64,000 bases of DNA from Proteiniphilum sp. (lineage in GTDB: Bacteria; Bacteroidota; Bacteroidia; Bacteroidales; Dysgonomonadaceae): assembly GCA_018433945.1 (NCBI GenBank), contig JAHDQF010000013.1, forward strand, positions 9,672 through 73,671. Direction: 5' to 3'. This document shows positions 47,619 to 56,416 of the stretch, in pieces. The notes under the pieces were generated by a model that worked only from the letters and a program-made list of their open reading frames with translations, was not told the DNA's origin and did no database searches. A program made the position numbers and the translations under genes. How positions within the stretch are numbered: the first letter of the stretch is position 1; every line of letters starts with the position of its first letter.

Positions 47619-48235
47619 ACACGTATGTTTTTTTGTTTTATATTATCCACTCGGTGACGGTCAAACGACAATATGAGAGCATCGCTTTTCAAAAGAGTGA
47701 CTTTTATCGCTGTTCCCTGCATTTGTTTCATTTCTGTTACGCTTGGCGTAATTTTGCTGTCCGTTTCTCGATTTAGCTCAGACCGTTTGTCGTTTTTTCG
47801 TTTGAACCGTTTTATGGTCTCTGACCGCTTGGAGATTTTGATTTCTCCTTATCAACGCCACGTTTATTGGTGGCAAACATACGCTTTTCTCTTTGCTTTC
47901 GTTAGGATTTATGTTTTAAATTATAGTACAATTTACGCTTTAACATTTTCAATATATAGTATAACCCACGCAGAAAATAACAATAAACTGTTGACATGCA
48001 AACATGTATATATGCTATTTGTCTGCGTCAGATTTATTTTTAATTCTACTGTTTTTTTCAATCTATTTTCATATTCTTATGCCCCGACGGACACATTCTT
48101 TTAGTTTTTTTCTTTATCTCCGCACCAGCAATGAGTCGGGACTAGAGTGAATATTTTCTACAAATATACAACTTTGTTGTTGAAAACAAAAAAAGTTTAA
48201 TAAAATATGCCCTGCATTCACCGATATTTTTCATT

Positions 48236-49936
48236 TCATCCTTTGCTGATACCCGGAAGTCGCTGGTATTGAGTAGGTGTAACACCGGTATGCTTTTTGA
48301 AAATTCGTGAAAAATAATTGACATCATAGATGCCACACTCTGCAGCCACCTCCCCGATTGCTTTATGCTGTGAAGCCAGGATTTTCTTCGCATGTGCCAT
48401 CTTCACCTGCAGGATATAGGTGGAAGAAGGTTTGCCTGCCACGCTGTTCAGTCGCCTGTTCAGCTGTGAGAGACTCATCGCCAGTTCATCGGCCAGCATC
48501 TTCGGGGAGAACTCCGGGTTCCGGATCTCACGATGGATGATATCGGTCACCTGTCTTAGGAAATCCAGTTGCTGACTTTCCAGTTCATCTTTAACCTCGT
48601 TGACCGGATGTGCGCGTTGGTATTTCTCCCTTAACAGATTCCTCGATTCCAGAAGTTTCTCAACCTGTAATCGTAACTCTTCGCCACGGAATGGTTTGGA
48701 GAGGTAAGCATCTGCACCACTTTGAAGTGCTTCCAGTCTGTCTTCAAGCCCGTTGCGGGCAGAGAGGATGACCACCGGTATGTGATTGAGCAATGGAGAT
48801 GAGCGGAACAAACGGCACAAATCCAATCCGTTTTTTTGTGATATGTTGCCGTCGGCAATCACGATGCCGGGAGGTGTCTTCAGTGCTAATTCATGTGCCA
48901 TGTCACATCTGGGTACTGTAAGAAGGTTGTAGCGGTCACGGTTGAACAACGTGTGGATATAAAGTGCCGTGTCGTTGTTCTCTTCCATCAGGAGGATCAT
49001 CTCTCGGGGATCATTTTCGTGGATAACAGGGTTGTCAGCATTGTCAGCCATCACCATCTCTGTTTCAATGATCTCTTTTAACGGATCGAAAGGAACCACC
49101 TGAGGAAATCGCACTGAAGAAGAAACAGTAACCTTGTCGTTCCGTATGGGCAGCTGAATGCTGAATGTGGTGCCTTTACCCTCACTGCTGTTCACTCTGA
49201 TGCTCCCGTGCAACTGCGATACCAGGTGCTTGCTCAACACAAGTCCTGTTTCAATTGTTGCTGACTCACCCTTGACATTGTTACAGTAAAAGGGATCAAA
49301 AACATATGGCAGCTCTTTTCTGTTGATACCTTTCCCGTGATCCACCACCTTGATCGTGAATTGTTTCTGATCTCTGCGTTGCCGTTCCACGATGAGAAAG
49401 ATCCTGGACCCTTCACAACTGCTTTCCAATGCCTTGTTCAGTAGTAGTTGCAGGATCTGCTGGAGATAGGAGGGATGAAAGTCGGTTTCAATCTGCGTCT
49501 CCTCGCTGAAAAATACCAACTCCACCCCTTTCTTACGGCTGTAAAGAAGAAAGGATTCAGCCACCATTTCCAGAAATGCAACAATGTTTCCATGCTTCCA
49601 TGCATCCGGGGCATCTGTTGTCTCATAACCGGTCACCACTTGCATCCGATTGGCAAGGTCGTTCAGTATCTTTCCTTGTCGCTCTATTGCTTCCAGGTAA
49701 GAGTGAGCGTTGTTACCCGTTTGATTCTCCTCCTGCAGATGGCGGCTCAGCCCCTGGATGATGTTAAGGGGGGAGCGGAATTCATGAACCAACCCCTGAA
49801 AAAAGTTTGTGCGCAGTTTTTCACTTTGCTGCAGCCGCTGAAGGGTGCGGTTGCGTTGCATCAACATGACAAGCAATATCATTGCAGTTGCTGCTAGCAG
49901 CAGGATGATGATCAGATAGGGCATCAACAGAGCCAT
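48236..49936 (-). CDS. Hybrid two-component regulator (HisKA-HATPase-receiver-AraC HTH) lacking a periplasmic sensor domain
   Basis: I chose the ATG at 49936 (MALLMPYLIIILLLAATAMILLVML), giving a single TM. The H-box is HEFRSPLN, followed by an ATPase domain, a receiver domain and a C-terminal AraC-type HTH (YFSRIFKKHTGVTPTQY). Confidence 0.85.
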   Translation of the reverse strand: MALLMPYLIIILLLAATAMILLVMLMQRNRTLQRLQQSEKLRTNFFQGLVHEFRSPLNIIQGLSRHLQEENQTGNNAHSYLEAIERQGKILNDLANRMQVVTGYETTDAPDAWKHGNIVAFLEMVAESFLLYSRKKGVELVFFSEETQIETDFHPSYLQQILQLLLNKALESSCEGSRIFLIVERQRRDQKQFTIKVVDHGKGINRKELPYVFDPFYCNNVKGESATIETGLVLSKHLVSQLHGSIRVNSSEGKGTTFSIQLPIRNDKVTVSSSVRFPQVVPFDPLKEIIETEMVMADNADNPVIHENDPREMILLMEENNDTALYIHTLFNRDRYNLLTVPRCDMAHELALKTPPGIVIADGNISQKNGLDLCRLFRSSPLLNHIPVVILSARNGLEDRLEALQSGADAYLSKPFRGEELRLQVEKLLESRNLLREKYQRAHPVNEVKDELESQQLDFLRQVTDIIHREIRNPEFSPKMLADELAMSLSQLNRRLNSVAGKPSSTYILQVKMAHAKKILASQHKAIGEVAAECGIYDVNYFSRIFKKHTGVTPTQYQRLPGISKG

Positions 49937-50175
49937 GTTATCCGGTGAGAAGATGATCCGTTTGTTCACGAGTATTCCAGTTAGCACAAAAGAAACAGCA
50001 TTTTTCGACTGCAATATTAGCACTTATTTTATGAAAAACAAAAAAGTGTGTAAAATTTGTGCTGGTGACAGGAAAATGAATCTTAACGGATACGGCAGGT
50101 ATATGTGAGAATCGATACGCAATAATCAATGAGACTTAACAATCATTTTCACTTTTTTGTTCTCCAAAAAAGCAG

Positions 50176-50183
50176 TAAGTTTG
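50176..50183 (+). promoter_or_regulatory. Bacteroidetes -7 box TAAGTTTG
   Basis: TAnnTTTG match 22 nt upstream of the 50205 start. Confidence 0.4.
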
Positions 50184-50204
50184 CATCCTCAATCAAAAAA
50201 AGAT

Positions 50205-51365
50205 ATGAAGAATTACGGTTTGTATATTGTTTGCCTGTTGCTGGGAATTGGCACGATGGCAGGTTGTTCAAAGGGTGACCGGTTCACGGTGGAAGGGAAT
50301 ATCACCAACGCCGAAGGTGACACGCTCTACCTGGAACAGCGTGCGCTGGCAGGAGTGGTTCTGCTCGATTCTGCGGTACTCAATGAGAAGGGTAAGTTTC
50401 GCTTCCGACAGTTGGCACCGGTCAACCCTGAGTTCTTTCAATTGCGTTTGGGAACCCAAACGGCCGCTTTCGCGGTGGACTCATCCGAGACACTCAGGGT
50501 CACAGCCGATGGTGCCGATCTCTACCGCTCATTCAAAGTGGAGGATTCACCCACCAACGATCAGCTCCGACAGGTGGACAGGTTGGTGAGCGAGACCGCC
50601 ACGGCACTCAGACAGCTGGAAGAGGAGCACAAAGCCGGATCAATCGATGATATGGCTTTCATCAACCAACTCGACACCGCACTGCTCAACTATAAGCGAG
50701 AGATCACGAAACTGATCCTGGGCAATCCCTCGGGGGCGGCTGCCTACTACGCCCTGTTTCAGAAGATCAACAACTTCCTGATTTTTGACCCCTATACACG
50801 GCAGGATTACCCGATGTTCGGGGCGGTGGCCACCTCCTGGAACCATTACTATCCGGATACAGAGAGAACGCGCCACCTCTATGAGTTCACCACGAACGCG
50901 TTGAAGGTGCGCAGACAGCAGGAGCAACGAGCGGAGCTGCTGGAGAACGCTGTGCCCGAGACAGGCTCGGGACTGCCCGACATCCAGTTGCCGGCTGTCA
51001 AAGGTGAAAAGGTGGCTCTCTCCTCTCTGAAAAGGAAGGTGGTGCTGCTGGACTTCACGGTCTATAGTGCCGACTTTTCGCCCAGGCACAACATGGATTT
51101 GAATGGTATCTATGAACGGTACAAAGAGAGAGGGTTTGAGATTTACCAGATCTCATTCGACTCGGATGAACATTTCTGGAAGACGGCTGCCAGCAACCTG
51201 CCCTGGATCACTGTGCGCGATCCCCAATCGGTCAACTCCAGGCTGCTCCCTATGTATAATGTGAGAGAGATACCCACAGCTTTTATTCTAGATCGTGATG
51301 GCGATGTCGTTGCACGCATCGAGGCGTTTGACCAGCTGGAAAGTGAATTGAAGAAGCTGCTCTGA
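50205..51365 (+). CDS. Thioredoxin-fold (TlpA/AhpC-TSA-like) lipoprotein without CxxC
   Basis: The start MKNYGLYIVCLLLGIGTMAGC contains a lipobox. The C-terminal thioredoxin-like block is KVVLLDFTVYSADFSPRH, where TlpA proteins have DFWASWCGPC. Confidence 0.7.
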   Translation: MKNYGLYIVCLLLGIGTMAGCSKGDRFTVEGNITNAEGDTLYLEQRALAGVVLLDSAVLNEKGKFRFRQLAPVNPEFFQLRLGTQTAAFAVDSSETLRVTADGADLYRSFKVEDSPTNDQLRQVDRLVSETATALRQLEEEHKAGSIDDMAFINQLDTALLNYKREITKLILGNPSGAAAYYALFQKINNFLIFDPYTRQDYPMFGAVATSWNHYYPDTERTRHLYEFTTNALKVRRQQEQRAELLENAVPETGSGLPDIQLPAVKGEKVALSSLKRKVVLLDFTVYSADFSPRHNMDLNGIYERYKERGFEIYQISFDSDEHFWKTAASNLPWITVRDPQSVNSRLLPMYNVREIPTAFILDRDGDVVARIEAFDQLESELKKLL

Positions 51366-51406
51366 AACTTTTTCCGGAAATTTTATTTTTTTTGGAATAA
51401 AGTTTT

Positions 51407-51414
51407 TATCTTTG
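51407..51414 (+). promoter_or_regulatory. Bacteroidetes -7 box TATCTTTG for greA
   Basis: TAnnTTTG match about 114 nt upstream of greA. Confidence 0.35.
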
Positions 51415-51527
51415 TGGCAATTACATCATGGAAAAAGGGAGTTCCGGTCTTGTTGAAAGAGGCCGGAATTCTTTTTCTTTGCATTGTTTTTAAAAACAAA
51501 AAAATAAGAACGAAGAGATAAATTGTT

Positions 51528-51998
51528 ATGGCTATAACTTACATGACCGAAGAGGGTCTTCGGAAACTAAAAGAAGAACTGATAGAGCTCGAATCTGTGA
51601 AGCGTCCCGAGATATCGCGCCAGATTGCAGAGGCGAGAGACAAAGGGGATCTCTCTGAGAACGCTGAGTATGATGCCGCGAAGGAAGCACAGGGCATGCT
51701 GGAGGCGAAGATCGCCCAGCTGAAAAGCCTGATCGCCAGTGCCCGTCTGATCGACGAGAGCAGCATCGGTACCGACGAGGTGCAGATCATGAACAAGGTG
51801 ACCATTCGCAACACCCAGAACAAGAAGACCATGACCTACACCCTGGTGTCGGAGAGCGAAGCCGACCTGAAAAGCGGGAAGATCGCGATAAACACCCCCA
51901 TTGCCCAGGGACTGATGGGCAAGAAGGTGGGTGATGTGGCTGAGATCAAGGTTCCTTCGGGAACCATGACATTTGAAATTGTGGAAATATCAATCTGA
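51528..51998 (+). CDS. greA: Transcription elongation factor GreA
   Basis: 156-aa ORF with MTEEGLRKLKEELIELESVKRPEISRQIAEARDKGDLSENAEYDAAKE. Confidence 0.93.
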   Translation: MAITYMTEEGLRKLKEELIELESVKRPEISRQIAEARDKGDLSENAEYDAAKEAQGMLEAKIAQLKSLIASARLIDESSIGTDEVQIMNKVTIRNTQNKKTMTYTLVSESEADLKSGKIAINTPIAQGLMGKKVGDVAEIKVPSGTMTFEIVEISI

Positions 51999-52004
51999 AG
52001 AATC

Positions 52005-52403
52005 ATGGCAACCATTTTTAGCCGGATCATCGCGGGTGAGATCCCCTCATACCGGATCGCCGGGGATGACCGTTTTTATGCTTTTCTGGATATCAAACCG
52101 ATGCAGCCTGGGCATACCCTGGTGGTGACCAGGCAGGAAACCGACTACCTGTTCGATTTAGATGATGCGCTGTTGGCCGATATGATGCTGTTTGCCAAAA
52201 GAGTGGCCAGGGCCATCGAGAAAGCGATGGCATGCCGCCGCGTGGGGATGATGGTGATCGGCCTCGAGGTGCCGCATGCACACATTCATCTGATCCCGAT
52301 TCAGCAGGAGGGGGACATGAGCCTTGCCCGTAAAAGAGTCGAACTGAGTAGTGAGGAGTTGGAACAGATCGCGGAGAAAATACGGAACGCTTTTGATAAA
52401 TAA
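52005..52403 (+). CDS. HIT family hydrolase
   Basis: 132-aa ORF with the N-terminus IFSRIIAGEIPSY and the histidine triad HAHIHLIP. Confidence 0.9.
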   Translation: MATIFSRIIAGEIPSYRIAGDDRFYAFLDIKPMQPGHTLVVTRQETDYLFDLDDALLADMMLFAKRVARAIEKAMACRRVGMMVIGLEVPHAHIHLIPIQQEGDMSLARKRVELSSEELEQIAEKIRNAFDK

Positions 52404-52433
52404 TTCGGATTTCCCTATTGGGACGATGTGTGA

Positions 52434-52469
52434 CACCAGAAAAAGCCGGCATGCCGGCTTTTTCTGGTG
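52434..52469. terminator. Bidirectional terminator: perfect 36-nt palindrome
   Basis: caccagaaaaagccggca is directly followed by tgccggctttttctggtg. The palindrome lies between the convergent HIT and coaA genes. Confidence 0.75.
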
Positions 52470-52479
52470 TTGGAATTTG

Positions 52480-53454
52480 TCAGATTTTCCGGATACGGAC
52501 ACCCCTGACAAAATGGCACTCCCCCTTCTCCAGAATCAGGTCGGCCCGGAAGCGGGTGGGGAGGATGTTCTGTTGCAGGTTCACCAGGTTGATCTCATCC
52601 CACACCTCGTTGGCGAATTTCATCAGCTCCTCCTCGGTGTAGGTGGCGTAGCGGTGGAAGTAGGACTCCGGGTTCCGAAAGGCAGTCTGCTGCAGCTTCT
52701 TGAAACGCTCCAGGAACCACTCCCGTAGGTTGCGTTCGCTGGCGTCAACATAGATCGAGAAGTCGAAGAAGTCTGAGACGAACACCCTGCGCTTCGGTTC
52801 CCTGGCTGTGTTGACCTGCAGCACGTTGATCCCCTCCACGATCAGGATATCGGGACGCTCGAAGGTCTGTATCTTCCCCTCCAGCACATCGTAGGCGAGG
52901 TGGGAGTAGAGCGGCACCTCAAGCGTCTCCTTACCTGATTTGACACTTGCCAGGAAGGCCAGCAGCCGCTTGGCGTCGTAACTCTCGGGGAACCCTTTCC
53001 GGTTAAAAATGCCCCGCCGTTCGAGCTCCGCATTGGGATATAGGAAGCCGTCGGTTGTAATCAGCTCTACCTTCGGTGATCCGGGTGTCATGGAAAGCAG
53101 TTTTTGCAGCACACGTGCCGTGGTGCTCTTCCCTGCGGCTACGCTGCCGGCAATGCCGATGATGTAGGGGATGGGCTGGCTGGTGTTGTGGAAGAACTGA
53201 TCGCGATCGTTGTGCAGGTTGCGGTAGTGGGTCAGGTGGATCTGCAGCAACCGGATCATCGGGATATAGATCTCTTCCACCTCTTCGGTGGTGAGCGGTT
53301 CATTCAGAGCTTGCAGCTGGGTGAGATCGATGTCGGAAACAGGAAACATGGGATGTTCCTCCAGCCTGCTCCACTCTTTGCGCGTGAAAGCACGGAAAGG
53401 AGAGTAGGTAACCTCGTAGGTTTTGTTCATTTTCTCATACTTTTCTCGCTGCAA
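52480..53454 (-). CDS. coaA: Type I pantothenate kinase
   Basis: 324-aa ORF. GIAGSVAAGKSTTARVLQ...ELITTDGFLYPN...KGFPESYD closely resembles E. coli CoaA as I remember it. Confidence 0.88.
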   Translation of the reverse strand: MQREKYEKMNKTYEVTYSPFRAFTRKEWSRLEEHPMFPVSDIDLTQLQALNEPLTTEEVEEIYIPMIRLLQIHLTHYRNLHNDRDQFFHNTSQPIPYIIGIAGSVAAGKSTTARVLQKLLSMTPGSPKVELITTDGFLYPNAELERRGIFNRKGFPESYDAKRLLAFLASVKSGKETLEVPLYSHLAYDVLEGKIQTFERPDILIVEGINVLQVNTAREPKRRVFVSDFFDFSIYVDASERNLREWFLERFKKLQQTAFRNPESYFHRYATYTEEELMKFANEVWDEINLVNLQQNILPTRFRADLILEKGECHFVRGVRIRKI

Positions 53455-53536
53455 ATATACTGAAAAAGTGCAAAAAAAGGAATCACGCTCCCGGTGATCC
53501 CCTTTTTTTCTGCCAGTGTATCTGTGGTGCCGTTAT

Positions 53537-55432
53537 TCAGATCCTCTCAAAGCTTCGCTTTACAAAGCTGTTCAATGCCTCACCTTTCAAAAGGCCTCCC
53601 GCCAGCAATGCCAGATCTATCATCTGTTTGAGCTTTGCATCTGCCGCAACTGTTGCCATCAGCTCCTCTTTCTCTTTGGATTCACTTTGGGTGATTAACT
53701 CTTTGATATAGGGGTGATCGGCATTGAGTACCAGTTGGTAGCTATCTGGCATCTCCCCGTAGAAAGCCATCTGCTGCTGCATGGCAGCCATCTCTTTCAT
53801 CCGGCGTGAAAACTCGTTCTGTGTGATCTGCACCGGCTTTGAGTTTTCACCCAGTGCCTTGAAATCGACACTGAACTCGCTTTTCTCGATGACCGGTAGT
53901 TGCGCTTTCACCACCTCGCTGAGAAGCTCTTTCTGTTTCTCGCTTAGCTCCGGAGCGCTCCTTTCATCTTTCTCGATGATGTGCTCAATGATGTCGCTGT
54001 CAACCCGCACGAAACGAGTCTTATCCAGTTTCTGCTCCAGCAGACCCATCCAGTGAACATCCAGCTGTCCGTTCATCAGCAGGACATCATATCCTTTCTC
54101 CCGCGCAGCTTCGATGGAGGAATATTGTTCCTGCAGGTCGCTGGCATATAGCCAGATCAGGTCGCCCTGCTTGTCGGTCTGGGACCCTTTGGTCAGCTCT
54201 TTGTACTCCTCCAGGGTGAAGAATTTCTGTTCACTGTTCTTCACCAGCGCGAACTTGACAGCGCGATCGTAGAACTTATCCTCTGAGAGCATCCCATATT
54301 CGATGAAGAGCTTCAGGCTATCCCATTTCTCCTCGAACTGGGAACGCTCTTTCTTGAAGAGCTCCTCCAGCTTGTCGGCAACCTTCTTGGTGATGTGGTT
54401 GGAGATCTTCTTCACGTTCTGATCGCTTTGCAGGTAGGAGCGTGAGACGTTCAGCGGAATGTCGGGCGAGTCAATCACCCCATGCAGCAGCGTGAGGAAT
54501 TCCGGTACGATCCCCTCTACCGAGTCAGTCACATATACCTGGTTGCTATAGAGCTGTATCTTGTTGCGCTGCAGGTCAAGGTTGCTCTTGATCCTGGGGA
54601 AGTAGAGGATACCAGTCAGGTGAAACGGGTAATCCACGTTCAGGTGGATCCAGAAGAGCGGCTCATCGCCGAACGACATGGGGTAAAGGGTGTGGTAGAA
54701 CTGAAGGTAATCTTCATCTTTGAGCCCCGCCGGTTTCTGCTTCCAGAGAGGGTTCACCTCGTTCACCACGTTGTCTTCCTCCGTGTCCACATACTTGCCA
54801 TCCTTCCACTCCTGCTTCTTGCCAAACACCACCGGCACCGGCAGGAACTTGCAGTACTTCTTCAGCAGCGACTCAATCTTCTCCTTCTCCAGGAACTCCT
54901 TGTTCTCGTCATCGATGTGGAGGATGATATCGGTGCCGCGATCTGACCTGCTTGTCTCTTCGATGGTATACTCAGGTGTGCCGTCGCACGACCATTTGAC
55001 GGCAGCAGCTTCCTCATTGTACGATTTGGTGATGATCTCCACTCTCTTTGCAACCATGAAGGTGGAGTAGAAGCCCAGTCCGAAGTGTCCGATGACCGCG
55101 TTGCTGTTCTCCTTGTAACGCTCCAGGAAGTCGTTGGCCGAAGAGAGCGCAATCTGGTTGATATATCTGTCCAGCTCATCGGCCGTCATTCCAATACCCC
55201 GGTCTGAGACAGTGACGGTCTTTTTCTTCTTGTCTACAGAGACCCGTATCGAGAGATCGCCCAACTCACCCTTGAACTCGCCCACATCGGCGAGGGTCTT
55301 GAGCTTCTGTGTGGCATCTACTGCATTGGAAACAATTTCGCGAAGAAAGATCTCATGATCACTGTAGAGAAATTTCTTGATGATGGGGAAGATGTTGTCG
55401 GTGGTGACACCGATCTGTCCTTTTTGTACCAT
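53537..55432 (-). CDS. htpG: Molecular chaperone HtpG (Hsp90)
   Basis: I chose the ATG at 55432 (MVQKGQIGVTTDNIFPIIKKFLYSDHEIFLREIVSNAVDA). The GHKL ATPase motifs GQFGLGFYS-like HFGLGFYS are present. Confidence 0.92.
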   Translation of the reverse strand: MVQKGQIGVTTDNIFPIIKKFLYSDHEIFLREIVSNAVDATQKLKTLADVGEFKGELGDLSIRVSVDKKKKTVTVSDRGIGMTADELDRYINQIALSSANDFLERYKENSNAVIGHFGLGFYSTFMVAKRVEIITKSYNEEAAAVKWSCDGTPEYTIEETSRSDRGTDIILHIDDENKEFLEKEKIESLLKKYCKFLPVPVVFGKKQEWKDGKYVDTEEDNVVNEVNPLWKQKPAGLKDEDYLQFYHTLYPMSFGDEPLFWIHLNVDYPFHLTGILYFPRIKSNLDLQRNKIQLYSNQVYVTDSVEGIVPEFLTLLHGVIDSPDIPLNVSRSYLQSDQNVKKISNHITKKVADKLEELFKKERSQFEEKWDSLKLFIEYGMLSEDKFYDRAVKFALVKNSEQKFFTLEEYKELTKGSQTDKQGDLIWLYASDLQEQYSSIEAAREKGYDVLLMNGQLDVHWMGLLEQKLDKTRFVRVDSDIIEHIIEKDERSAPELSEKQKELLSEVVKAQLPVIEKSEFSVDFKALGENSKPVQITQNEFSRRMKEMAAMQQQMAFYGEMPDSYQLVLNADHPYIKELITQSESKEKEELMATVAADAKLKQMIDLALLAGGLLKGEALNSFVKRSFERI

Positions 55433-55711
55433 ATAGCTATTTTTTATAGAATTATTTCTGCTTTGATGAAATTGCAAATAGTGTGCCATGGTTCTCAAAA
55501 AAAAGAGGCTGCCAAAGGATGGGTTGATTGCTGCTTTTTATCTATAAAACAATTTGATTGATACTATTTATCATTTATAGAACGGCTGTATTGCCGCCAA
55601 TCAGATCATTAAAACCTATATTATCAGTAAGATATGATGTGATGGCCAGCTATTAACAATCATTAATCGTTTTTCGTTCAACAAACAGGGTTGGATTTGA
55701 ATATAATTTTT

Positions 55712-55719
55712 TACATTTG
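55712..55719 (+). promoter_or_regulatory. Bacteroidetes -7 box TACATTTG for the ECF sigma gene
   Basis: TAnnTTTG match 42 nt upstream of the start codon. Confidence 0.45.
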
Positions 55720-55760
55720 CAAAGAGAACGGTCATTTAACACAATTAAAAATCAACGCTT

Positions 55761-56279
55761 ATGAAGACAAAAAAATCTTTCGAGAAACAGCTGTTGAGTT
55801 TGCAGGACAATATGTTCAATTTTGCACTGACACTGACTGCCGACCGGGAAGAAGCGAAGGATCTCTTGCAGGAGACGACGCTCCGGGTTTTGGATAACAG
55901 GGAGAAATATTACGAAAATGTCAATTTCAAGGGCTGGGTCTTCACCATCATGCACAATATCTTTGTGAATAACTACCGCAAGATTGTGAGAAGTCAGACC
56001 ATCATTGATAAAACAGAAAACCTCTATCATCTGAACATGCCGCAGGACTCCGGCTTTGATACCCCTGATGGTGCCTACACCATCAAAGAGATCAACAAGG
56101 CGATCAACAGCTTCACCGATGAATACAAGGTGCCATTTTCGATGCATGTCTCCGGCTTCAAGTATGAGGAGATTGCCCGTCACCTGGAGCTGCCCATCGG
56201 TACGGTGAAGAGTCGGATCTTCTTTGCCCGCAAGCGACTACAGGAGATGCTGAAAGATTTCCGTTACTATTCGGAATGA
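55761..56279 (+). CDS. ECF-type RNA polymerase sigma-70 factor
   Basis: 172-aa ORF with a region 2 block (FKGWVFTIMHNIFVNNYRK) and a region 4 block (IGTVKSRIFFARKRLQEML). No adjacent anti-sigma gene is evident. Confidence 0.85.
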   Translation: MKTKKSFEKQLLSLQDNMFNFALTLTADREEAKDLLQETTLRVLDNREKYYENVNFKGWVFTIMHNIFVNNYRKIVRSQTIIDKTENLYHLNMPQDSGFDTPDGAYTIKEINKAINSFTDEYKVPFSMHVSGFKYEEIARHLELPIGTVKSRIFFARKRLQEMLKDFRYYSE

Positions 56280-56300
56280 TGAAGCGACAGAATATAAATG

Positions 56301-56331
56301 AAAAGACCTCTTTCCCGGAAAGAGGTCTTTT
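56301..56331 (+). terminator. Rho-independent terminator after the sigma-factor gene
   Basis: aaaagacctctttcc and ggaaagaggtctttt form a near-perfect palindrome, followed by T-rich sequence. Confidence 0.7.
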
Positions 56332-56349
56332 CGCTTACAACAAAAGCGG

Positions 56350-56357
56350 TATCTTTG
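56350..56357 (+). promoter_or_regulatory. Bacteroidetes -7 box TATCTTTG
   Basis: TAnnTTTG match 60 nt upstream of the CaCA antiporter gene. Confidence 0.4.
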
Positions 56358-56416
56358 CTTCCGCGGAAGATGGATTGTTCCAATAAACAGGTTATACCTC
56401 CCCCAAAAGATCAGCT

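Noticed and set aside
47673-48104. 143-aa ORF in the AT-rich spacer
   Set aside because: It has extreme F/L/I/S/Y composition that mirrors the T-richness of the strand. It lies opposite in orientation to all neighbours and has no motif. I treated the region as non-coding, although a small membrane peptide cannot be formally excluded.
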